From positions 2,592,001 through 2,656,000 of the forward strand of contig OY970223.1 of the NCBI GenBank assembly GCA_963714015.1: 64,000 nt of DNA, read 5' to 3'. Position numbers and translations under genes: made by a program. This document shows, in pieces, positions 9,201-17,666 of the stretch. Origin of the DNA: Vulcanimicrobiota bacterium (GTDB taxonomy: Bacteria; Vulcanimicrobiota; Vulcanimicrobiia; Vulcanimicrobiales; Vulcanimicrobiaceae). The notes beneath the pieces were generated by a model, which did not search any database, had not been told where the DNA came from, and worked only from the letters and a program-made list of their open reading frames with translations. Within the stretch, counting starts at the first letter, position 1, and each line of letters starts with the position of its first letter.

Positions 9201-10907
9201 ATGAAGCGGCGGCAGTTTCTGGTCACCACGTTGACCGAAGCGTTGATGGCCGCCGTCCCTCTCGGCGCATTCGCCGCCGCTTCCGATAGACCCAGGCATC
9301 TTGGAACGCTGTCGCCGTTCTGGCGCAATAGCGCGGTGCTTGGTCCGTATCTGGAGATCGGCGGCGGCGGACTCATGCAAATTCCGCAGTACATGCTCGC
9401 CGGCGATTTTCCGTACCGCAAGCGGCCGTCCGCGCTCGAGGTTCCGTTCGCGGATCAACTCAGCGTCGTGCGTTTGCTCGGCGGTTATAGCGGCGATCCC
9501 TCCGGCTCGAAGGATCTTGCTTATCGCGATTCGAGCGGCACGGTACGTTATCGAATGGAGCTCCTGCAGCCGCGATTGCAACCGTATCTCGAAAACGGCT
9601 ATGACCGCCTGACGTTGGTGATGGACAACACGCCGTGGTGCTTTCCCGAACACCCGGTAGCGCCGCCCGGCGGAGAAGGGCAGGCGTCGCCGCCTCGAAA
9701 CGACGGCGAATGGTATAAGTTCATTCGAGCCGTTTGCGTCCAGCTCGTCCGCATCGCGGGCCCGCAAGTCGCCGCAAACATGCGCTTCCGTGTCGGAACG
9801 GAGGACGACTCCGCGGATCGCTTTACCGGAAGCCAGTCGCAATTCGTTTGGTTCTACGAAACCACCGCCGCCGCGGTGGCAGCGGTTTTGCCGCAAGCCG
9901 AAGTGGGTCCGTTCAACATCTCGGATCCGACCGTGCCGGGCGTGGAAAAATACGATCACGTCCGCGCTCTTCCGCTGGCCGAACAATGCGTGCTCTACCC
10001 GAACGTTTTCAGCAAGGGACCGCGCACGAGGTTCGACTGGATAGCCTTCTCCAAGTATTTCCGTCCGGGACAGCAGACCCAGGCTGAAGTCGATCCGTGC
10101 AGGGCCGTTTGGAATTTGTTCGGCCGGGAGCTGCCGCCGCTCACGAACGTTTCCAGAGAGATCCACGAGTTTGGCATCGCGCCTTTTCCGCCGCCGGGCG
10201 GTGGTGGATTCGTAAGCGCGGAGCCGGGTGCGTTGGGGGCCGCGCTCACGTGTCAAATCATGCTGGGCCTGCGTGAAGGCGGCATCGACCGGTTGTGGCA
10301 CTGGCCCGGCGACATGTTCGACCAGTTTCGCGACGCCGAACAACGGCTGCGTCTGCTTGCAACGGGAGAGTCATGGCTTCTCAGCGTTCTCGATCGGATG
10401 GCAGGCGGCGAATATTTTGTCTTTCCATCGCCGCAAAGCCGCAACTCGATGGAGTATGCCCTCGTTGCTAGCGCAAACGAGAACGAGTCAGTGTTACTCC
10501 TATCTGCGTATGATGCCAAGATAGGTCAGTCGAAAGCCGAACTCGTGCAGTTTGAAGTGCCGAGCGCGCTCATTCCAAAACCGCCTCTGACGGTGCAGGC
10601 GGTATACCTGTCCAAGCAAACGTCGGTACACGATCGGATCCGCCGGGATCTCCAGGCGGCCGGGCTTCTGACCGAGCAGTACATCTCGCACCCCGCTCGG
10701 CTGGGAACGGTTCTGCAAATGGGCGGACCGCCCGCGGCGGCGTTCGTGGGCGAGCGGTGGGATGCGTACGTCGCGCAGTGGACGCAATCACTCACACTCA
10801 AACCGCTTCCCTCGCTTTTGGGCAATATATCCCAAAGCGCCGGCGGCCTCACGGTCAGCCTTCACGTCGCGCCGCCGTTGCTAGTCGCGCTCGTCCTTCG
10901 TCATTAG
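9201..10907 (+). CDS. Tat-exported glycoside hydrolase, GH39-like (clan GH-A)
   Basis: MKRRQFL twin-arginine signal behind a GAAGGA RBS. FRVGTEDD (acid/base-like) and REIHEFG (nucleophile-like) motifs. Confidence 0.65.
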   Translation: MKRRQFLVTTLTEALMAAVPLGAFAAASDRPRHLGTLSPFWRNSAVLGPYLEIGGGGLMQIPQYMLAGDFPYRKRPSALEVPFADQLSVVRLLGGYSGDPSGSKDLAYRDSSGTVRYRMELLQPRLQPYLENGYDRLTLVMDNTPWCFPEHPVAPPGGEGQASPPRNDGEWYKFIRAVCVQLVRIAGPQVAANMRFRVGTEDDSADRFTGSQSQFVWFYETTAAAVAAVLPQAEVGPFNISDPTVPGVEKYDHVRALPLAEQCVLYPNVFSKGPRTRFDWIAFSKYFRPGQQTQAEVDPCRAVWNLFGRELPPLTNVSREIHEFGIAPFPPPGGGGFVSAEPGALGAALTCQIMLGLREGGIDRLWHWPGDMFDQFRDAEQRLRLLATGESWLLSVLDRMAGGEYFVFPSPQSRNSMEYALVASANENESVLLLSAYDAKIGQSKAELVQFEVPSALIPKPPLTVQAVYLSKQTSVHDRIRRDLQAAGLLTEQYISHPARLGTVLQMGGPPAAAFVGERWDAYVAQWTQSLTLKPLPSLLGNISQSAGGLTVSLHVAPPLLVALVLRH

Positions 10908-11052
10908 TATCTTGCGGCTCCCGTCGTCGCATCGCCGAACGGCCCAACCCGGGTTCGCTCGTCACGGGTGGGCCCGTCCCTATCGCCACGAGGGTGAGGA
11001 GTCGGCCGCTGCGGAATCTTCTTGTGCCAATTGCGCTCAGGAGGTCTGGCAT

Positions 11053-12327
11053 ATGACGACCCTCGATATTTCGGCCGCTCAAGCATCGCAGAACGTTTGG
11101 CAAATGGCGCAAGAACAACTGGACGACGTTGCGCGCGTCATTGGCCTGAACGAATCGATTCACGGATTCTTGCGCGAACCCAAGCGCATTCTGGAGGTTT
11201 CCGTTCCCGTTCGCATGGACAGCGGGGTCTTTCGCATGTTCAAAGGCTACCGAGTCCAGCACAACATCTCGCGCGGACCCTCGAAGGGCGGTATTCGCTT
11301 CCATCCGGACGTTACGCTGGACGAAGTGAAAGCGCTTGCGATGTGGATGACTTGGAAATGCGCGCTGGTCAACATTCCGTTCGGCGGTGGCAAAGGCGGC
11401 GTGATTTGCGATCCCAAGAACATGTCGATGCAAGAACTCGAGAATCTCACGCGGCGCTTTACCACGGAGATATCGATCATCATCGGCCCGGAAAAAGATA
11501 TCCCGGCACCGGACGTTTACACGACCCCACAGATCATGGCCTGGATCATGGACACGTTCTCGATGCAGCACGGGTATTCGATCCCAGGCGTCGTCACCGG
11601 TAAGCCCGTGGCGATCGGCGGCTCACTGGGTCGCGACAAAGCGACTGCGCGCGGTTGTCTGTATGCGGTCGATGAGGCATTGAAAACTCTTGGCCTCGAC
11701 GGTTCCGACGCCAGCGTTGCCATTCAGGGATTCGGCAACGCCGGTCTGCATTGCGCCGAGCTGATGTCCGCTCGCGGATACCGGATCATCGCAGCATCGG
11801 ACTCGCGCGGCGGCGTGGTAAACCCCAAGGGCCTCGACGTCAATGGACTCGTAGCGCATAAGACCGAGACCGGATCGGTCGTCGGTTTTACCGGCGGCGA
11901 ACGCATCAGCAACCGCGAGCTGCTGGAATTGGAGTGCACGGTGCTCGTTCCGGCCGCGCTCGAGAAGGTGATTACCGAAGAGAACGCCCCGCGCCTGAAA
12001 ACCAAGGTAATCGCCGAAGCGGCCAACGGCCCCACGACCCCGCAAGCCGATCGCATCCTCTTCGATCGAGGGATCATGGTGCTGCCGGACATTCTGGCCA
12101 ATGCCGGCGGCGTGACCGTATCGTACTTCGAGTGGGTCCAGGATCTGCAAGAAAACTTCTGGGAAGAGGACGAGATCAACGAACGGCTGCGGCGCAAGAT
12201 GGTACGCGCTTTCCGCGAGACGCACGAACAAGCAACTCGTTTCAACATAGACATGCGGCGCGGCGCATACGTGGTCGCCGTCAGCAGGGTCGCCGAAGCA
12301 ACGAAACTTCGCGGGCTCTATCCGTAG
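11053..12327 (+). CDS. gdhA: Glu/Leu/Phe/Val dehydrogenase (glutamate dehydrogenase)
   Basis: GPSKGGIRFHP, GGGKGG, DIPAPDV, QGFGNAG, AEAANGP and NAGGVTVSYFEWVQ. AGGAGG RBS before ATG 11053. Confidence 0.93.
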   Translation: MTTLDISAAQASQNVWQMAQEQLDDVARVIGLNESIHGFLREPKRILEVSVPVRMDSGVFRMFKGYRVQHNISRGPSKGGIRFHPDVTLDEVKALAMWMTWKCALVNIPFGGGKGGVICDPKNMSMQELENLTRRFTTEISIIIGPEKDIPAPDVYTTPQIMAWIMDTFSMQHGYSIPGVVTGKPVAIGGSLGRDKATARGCLYAVDEALKTLGLDGSDASVAIQGFGNAGLHCAELMSARGYRIIAASDSRGGVVNPKGLDVNGLVAHKTETGSVVGFTGGERISNRELLELECTVLVPAALEKVITEENAPRLKTKVIAEAANGPTTPQADRILFDRGIMVLPDILANAGGVTVSYFEWVQDLQENFWEEDEINERLRRKMVRAFRETHEQATRFNIDMRRGAYVVAVSRVAEATKLRGLYP

Positions 12328-12353
12328 CGGATCGAGCGGCAGCGGAAAAATTG

Positions 12354-12383
12354 AGACGGCCGTGCGGTATGCGCGGCCGTTTG
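12354..12383. terminator. Hairpin between convergent gdhA and infA
   Basis: GACGGCCGTGC-ggtat-GCGCGGCCGTTT. Confidence 0.55.
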
Positions 12384-12387
12384 ATTC

Positions 12388-12687
12388 TTAGGAGCGGCGC
12401 GGTTCGCCGGCGCGATACCGGTAGACGATGCGGCCTTTGGTCAGGTCGTACGGCGAGAGCTCGACATCAACGCGATCGCCCGGCAGAAGCCTGATGTGGT
12501 GCCGTCTGAGGCGTCCGGCGATGTGGGCCAAAATCGTATGGCCGTTGTCGAGTTCGACGGAAAACGTCGTGCTCGGGAAAACCTGTTTGATGCTCCCAAA
12601 TACTTCGAGCGCTTCTTCTTTTGGGTTGTCCGTGTGCGCCTTGGGTGTCCGGGGCCCCGTAGGTCTGTTTCGGGAGGGACGAGCGAT
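12388..12687 (-). CDS. infA: Translation initiation factor IF-1 with a putative ATC start (absent from the ORF track)
   Basis: Manual translation gives (I/M)[10 protein letters not shown]...[69 protein letters not shown]...*. GAGGT lies 7 nt before ATC, and an in-frame TGA lies 10 codons upstream. Confidence 0.92.
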   Translation of the reverse strand: MARPSRNRPTGPRTPKAHTDNPKEEALEVFGSIKQVFPSTTFSVELDNGHTILAHIAGRLRRHHIRLLPGDRVDVELSPYDLTKGRIVYRYRAGEPRRS

Positions 12688-12813
12688 AGCAGATACCTCG
12701 TTTCTTTGTATTTTTCAGGGAAATTCTTCCGCCGAAGTGTCTCATATTGAAACACTTAAGGCAACCGCTAGGGTTGCTTGCCCAAAGCGCATTGCCTGAC
12801 CGCCGCCACCATT

Positions 12814-12871
12814 AACTATTTTTTTAGTTGACAGCGGACTCCCGGCCGGTTATACTACTAATAAATTAGTT
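12814..12871 (+). promoter_or_regulatory. Sigma70-type promoter TTGACA-N17-TATACT flanked by two ACTA-N6-TAGT operators
   Basis: TTGACA at 12828-12833 and TATACT at 12851-12856. AACTA-tttttt-TAGTT at 12814-12829 and TACTA-ataaat-TAGTT at 12856-12871. Confidence 0.8.
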
Positions 12872-12911
12872 ACTCTGAAGCCCGAGGCCCGAAAGCCAAG
12901 GAGAGAAGCTC

Positions 12912-13028
12912 GTGAACACCTCCACAATCGCCGCCAACTCCATCCGTCCGGCCCGCCCCACGCTGCTGTCCCGCCCGAGCGGTAGCGCCACCGTCTTTGC
13001 CGGGTGGGGTCCGCGAATCGCTCTGTAA
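12912..13028 (+). CDS. Small 38-aa peptide MNTSTIAANSIRPARPTLLSRPSGSATVFAGWGPRIAL
   Basis: AAGGAG RBS 8 nt before GTG, directly downstream of the strong promoter. Confidence 0.55.
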   Translation: MNTSTIAANSIRPARPTLLSRPSGSATVFAGWGPRIAL

Positions 13029-13058
13029 CCTCATCCGCCGCGCCGGCCCGCGCGTTCT

Positions 13059-13625
13059 ATGGGTATGGTTGGCGCAATCTTTGCCCTACTGCTTGCCGCG
13101 CGCGTAGTGTTGGCCGGCGGATGTTTCTGGGGAATGCAGGCGGTCTTCGAACCGCTGCGCGGCGTCGAGAACGTCGTGGCCGGTTATTCCGGCGGCAGCG
13201 CCGCCAATGCTCACTACGATCTCGTGAGCACGGGAACGACCGGTCACGCCGAATCGGTCGAGATCACGTACGACCCCAAGCAAATCTCGTTCGATCGGCT
13301 ACTGCAAGTCTATTTCACCGTCGCGCACGATCCGACCGAATTGAACCGGCAAGGCCCGGACGAAGGAACGCAATACCGCTCGGAGATCTTTTACACGACG
13401 AACGAGCAGCGGGACAAAGCGCTCCAGTACATCGCACAGCTTACGGCCAAGCACGCTTTCGGCGCACCGATCGTCACCAAAGTATCGCCGCTGCAAGCAT
13501 TCTATCCCGCCGAAGCGTATCATCAGGATTTCGTCGCAAAGAATCCCTGGAACCCTTACGTGGTCATCAACGACAAGCCCAAGCTCGCGGCACTGCGGGC
13601 GGAGTTTTCGAATCTCCTGAAGTAA
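13059..13625 (+). CDS. msrA: Peptide methionine sulfoxide reductase MsrA with a hydrophobic N-terminus
   Basis: GGCFWG, GYSGG, TGHAE, RQGPDEGTQYRS and FYPAEAYHQ. Confidence 0.95.
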   Translation: MGMVGAIFALLLAARVVLAGGCFWGMQAVFEPLRGVENVVAGYSGGSAANAHYDLVSTGTTGHAESVEITYDPKQISFDRLLQVYFTVAHDPTELNRQGPDEGTQYRSEIFYTTNEQRDKALQYIAQLTAKHAFGAPIVTKVSPLQAFYPAEAYHQDFVAKNPWNPYVVINDKPKLAALRAEFSNLLK

Positions 13626-13634
13626 GTTGCGGCG

Positions 13635-14744
13635 ATGAAGGTCTTTGCCAGAGCCGCCATTCCAACGGCCGCCAAGACGCTCGAAGCATCATGGTATCTT
13701 TCGCCGGAAGTTTTCGCGCGCGAACGCGATCGAATCTTCAGCCGCAGCTGGATTTGCGCCGGACGAGCGGACGCGATCGGGGCGCCCGGTGACTATGCTA
13801 CGATCGACGTCGCCGGCGAGAGCCTGATCCTCACGCGAGATCTCCAAGGCGCGCTGCACGCCTTCTACAACGTTTGCCGCCACCGCGGTACGATGTTGTG
13901 CACGCGTGAGAGCGGAACGTTCAAAGGTTCGATTCAATGTCCGTATCACGCCTGGACGTACGGTCTCGACGGTGCGCTCTTAGTCGCTCGCAATATGGAA
14001 AACTCACCGGGGTTCGATCGCTTGGATTACCCGCTCCATGAAGCTCAGACGGCGGAGTTCGACGGCTTTCTTTTTGTCGCGCTGGAACCGTCGCGCAGCT
14101 TTGAAGAAACTTACGCGCCCTTATCCGGACGCTTTTTGGCATGGACCGGAAGCGCGCTGCGCTCCGGCGGACGGATCGACTACGATCTTGCTTGCAATTG
14201 GAAGCTGGTTTTTCAAAATTATTCCGAGTGCTACCATTGTCCGGTGATTCATCCGCAGCTCGAACGGCTATCTGCCTCCGACAGCGGACGCAACGACCTG
14301 ATCGAGGGCCCCTTCTTGGGCGGGTATTCCACGTTGCGCGAGGGCGGTCAAAGCCTGACCACGAGCGGCAGGACGTCTCGCGCTCCGTTTCCCTGCCTGC
14401 CGGAGAGCGAGATCTCACGCGTCTATTACTACACGATCTTTCCCTCACTGCTTCTCAGTCTGCATCCGGATTACGTGATGGCGCACTACGTGCATCCGCG
14501 CGGCCCCGACCGCACGCACGTGACGTGCGAGTGGCTCTTCGACGCGAAGGCGATGTCCGATCCGCAGTTTGACGGTTCCGACGCAATCGACTTTTGGGAT
14601 ATGACGAATCGGCAAGACTGGGCGATAAACGAGCTCACGCAGCGCGGCCTTCGGTCGCGCGCGTACACGCCGGGACCGTATTCGCAGGCCGAGGGCCTGC
14701 TGCATTCGTTCGACCGGTATTATCTGAACGTGATGAACGGTTAA
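13635..14744 (+). CDS. Rieske non-heme iron oxygenase alpha subunit (GbcA/choline monooxygenase-like)
   Basis: NVCRHRG...CPYHAW Rieske motif, NWK...NYSECYHC..IHP, and NRQDW. Confidence 0.9.
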   Translation: MKVFARAAIPTAAKTLEASWYLSPEVFARERDRIFSRSWICAGRADAIGAPGDYATIDVAGESLILTRDLQGALHAFYNVCRHRGTMLCTRESGTFKGSIQCPYHAWTYGLDGALLVARNMENSPGFDRLDYPLHEAQTAEFDGFLFVALEPSRSFEETYAPLSGRFLAWTGSALRSGGRIDYDLACNWKLVFQNYSECYHCPVIHPQLERLSASDSGRNDLIEGPFLGGYSTLREGGQSLTTSGRTSRAPFPCLPESEISRVYYYTIFPSLLLSLHPDYVMAHYVHPRGPDRTHVTCEWLFDAKAMSDPQFDGSDAIDFWDMTNRQDWAINELTQRGLRSRAYTPGPYSQAEGLLHSFDRYYLNVMNG

Positions 14745-14750
14745 CCGTGT

Positions 14751-15227
14751 TTAGAGAATCGTAACGGTGCGCGGAGAGGCGCGCCCCACGATTTCACCGC
14801 ATTCGGTCTTGATCACGACGTACGCAATATCGGGCCCAACCGGACACATCCGCGATGCCCAAGTGCCGCGAGCGGCCGCGAGAACTTCTTGCTTCTGCGC
14901 GTTCGGCATCGCGTTCCAGGCTACGTCGTCCATCGTCAGCAGCAGTTCTTTGTGTTCCGAATTCATCGCGCCGACGCGGACGGAACGAACGATTCCATTG
15001 CGCTGATATTGGATCTCGAGCCCCTCGACGCTGTTCGGATTCGGACGCACGACGTTCACCGTTCCACGTTCCGCACGTAAGCGTTCGAGGGGAGGGCCCG
15101 CTGAGTGTTCCGCCGGTTTGAGTTGCCGCGCCGGCTCCGCAGACTTGGAAGTTCGAAAGGCGTACAGCAGCAATCCCAAACCCAGAACTACCGAACCCAC
15201 GGCTAAGACCGTCACTGCAATCGTCAC
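14751..15227 (-). CDS. Hypothetical membrane-anchored protein
   Basis: GTG start followed by a TM helix (TIAVTVLAVGSVVLGLGLLLYAF) and a soluble domain. Confidence 0.55.
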   Translation of the reverse strand: MTIAVTVLAVGSVVLGLGLLLYAFRTSKSAEPARQLKPAEHSAGPPLERLRAERGTVNVVRPNPNSVEGLEIQYQRNGIVRSVRVGAMNSEHKELLLTMDDVAWNAMPNAQKQEVLAAARGTWASRMCPVGPDIAYVVIKTECGEIVGRASPRTVTIL

Positions 15228-15300
15228 AGCCCTAACGTACCCCAACGGGCGGCTGGGTCCTAAGTACTTGTGGCCTATTTCTGCCGGGTAATTCCGGCGA

Positions 15301-17666
15301 CTACGCGCTCGCTCCGCGCGCCGGAGCGGCCGAGCACTGCTGCGCCGCCTGACACGTCTCCGCGAGCATTGCGGCCTGGAACGCCACGATGTCCGCGACG
15401 TTCTCAAAGCGTGGATGCCGGCGGTTCTCGCTGAGCATGTAATGCTCGCTGGAAGCGAGCAGTATTCCAAGCCGCGTCATCTGCATCAGCGCCTGATCGA
15501 CGGTCCGGAGCGGATTCGTGCGCAGTTCCGGGTCGACGAAAGCTGCTCCGGCAACGCGCGAAGGCGCTCGATTACGGCCCTCATCGCTTCGTCTTTGGTA
15601 AAGGGACCGCTCCGCCTGACGAGCCAGTCCGCGAGGAGCGCACTGACGGTCACCGGGCGCGCCGCCGCCATTTCGGCGCGTACGTTGTCCCGCTGCCTCA
15701 ACTCGACGATCCGGTAAAGCTGCGAGAATCGCCGTCCCCGGAACGGATCGTAGCTGATCGCGGCAAGATAGATCTGCTGCGCTCTGCGGCTCCAGCCGCT
15801 CCCAGATTCCGCGGAACGGAAGCATGCGGCCGTCGAGTGTGTACTCACCTTCCGGAGTTACGTAGAAGGTCGCGCCGCGACGCACTGCGTTCTCGATTGC
15901 CGCCAAATCGCGGTCGACTCCGGCGCGCATTTCATCGAATGCCTCGCGCTTGTGCGGCATCTTTTGATCCGAAAGGCGCACGAAGGTTTCCTGCGCCATC
16001 TTGAAGTTCTCCGGACGGAAGAGATCGCGCGTCGTCAATCCTTCGAGCCGGTATTCACGCACGATCTCGTCTTTGAAAATCTGATCGAGCGGAAGAACGC
16101 CATGACGATTTTGGGCGCCGAAGGCCCAGCGAGCGATGCAGCGCGATTGCAGCTCGTTCTCGAGCGGAAGCAATCCCATGCCTTCCAGCAGCCATCCCAG
16201 GTTTACGTTGTACAGGAGGCGCCAAAGCCACGGAAGGCGCACCGCCATCCAGCCCGGCTCGTACATCATGCGCGCGCACGCCATGAGAACCGGCGTCTTG
16301 GAGCCGCCCGTCAAAATAAACCGTGCAGCCGGCCCCATGAGATCCAGCTCGACTTGGTGGTTCGAAACGATCAACGCCGGCCCGCGCCCCGCAGGCAGCG
16401 TTCCCCAACTTCGAATACGGTTTGCGGATGCGACGTACGCTCCGACGAAAATCCCCGACAAGATGCGCGCCGGCACGGCCCACCACGGAATGAACGGCTT
16501 TTTGCCCACTGCCAAAACGATGGCCGATCCGAACGCAAAGCACGCCGCTGCCGCAAAGAACAGCATGCGATAGCCCAGCAGCGAGTGGCCGTAAAGCGTC
16601 AGAAGCCAGCCTCCGGCAAGCGGCGCAACGACTTGAGGAAAGTTTTGCGCGATGCCCCAAATACCTAAATCGCGAGCGACGTCGCGCAACTTGGGCACGG
16701 CGTCTATCGCGAGCGCCCAACCGGTGGACATTATTCCGCCGAACCCGATGCCGAAAATGAACGCGAATCCCAGCATCCAGTGCTCTTCGGGAACCAGCGC
16801 AAATCCGGCCGCAGCAAGGGTCATGGGAATACCGCAGAGCGCGACGATGATATTTGCGCGGCACGCGATCGGAGACGATTCCCAGCACGATGCCCGAGAT
16901 GATCGCGCCTACGAGCGAGGCGAGCGCCACGAACCCCGTTCCGGCAGGCGCGTTGCGCACGTGAAGTATGTCGTTGAAGAAATACAGGACGAACGTCATG
17001 AGCAGCGCCAGGCCAAACGCCAAAAACGCGCGAGCTGACAAAAACGACGGTGAAGTCGTGCCAGTCGCTGATGTGCGCGCGGTCCTCGCGGCGATCGGCG
17101 GGACGTTCCGTTATGCCGAACACGGTGAAGGCGCCGAGCAGCATTGCGATCGCAATGCCGATGAGGGTGCTCTGCGGCGTCGTCCCCGCCGCAACGCCTA
17201 TGCCGACCACCGTGCCCAGTAAGAACGTGACGCTGCGAACGCCCGAAACCTTTCCCCATTCCGATTGGGGCACGATGTCCGGAATCAGCGCCTGATACGC
17301 GGAGAGCGTGATGTTCGCGCCCATCGTCGCGAGCAGCAAGAACGTGATAAACCCGCCCAGAGTGTGGGCTTGCGCGGCAACGATCAGGCAAGCCGCATCG
17401 ATGGCGACGCCGGCAAGGATCGGAATGCGGCGAGCAACGCCGCGCCGGCGCATCGAATCCGAGATTGCACCGGAGACCGGCGGAACGATCATCGAGACGA
17501 AGGCGACCATCGCCGCGATGGCGGCCAAAACGCGAACGTGATCGGCCGGCGCCAATCGCAGCAACGCTGCAGGAACGGCAATCGTGATGAGCGCCGTATC
17601 TTGGAACTGCAGCGGCACCCAAAGCGCGTTTAGGATGAATGATTTTTTGAAACTAAAAACGCGCAT
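15301..17666 (-). CDS. MFS transporter fused to a PlsC-like acyltransferase domain (4 apparent frameshifts)
   Basis: MFS motifs (GAISDSMRR, GIVSDRVPRK) followed by acyltransferase motifs NHQVELD and TPEG. Frames switch at ~17036, ~16851, ~15784 and ~15540. Confidence 0.75.

Noticed and set aside
8847..10343. Long antisense ORFs (e.g. 8847..10343, 5640..6650, 31272..32690, 62274..63314)
   Set aside because: They are shadow frames opposite well-supported genes in high-GC DNA and have no recognisable motifs.
12441..12799. Track ORFs of 84-123 aa around infA
   Set aside because: They are alternative frames of the real IF-1 coding sequence.
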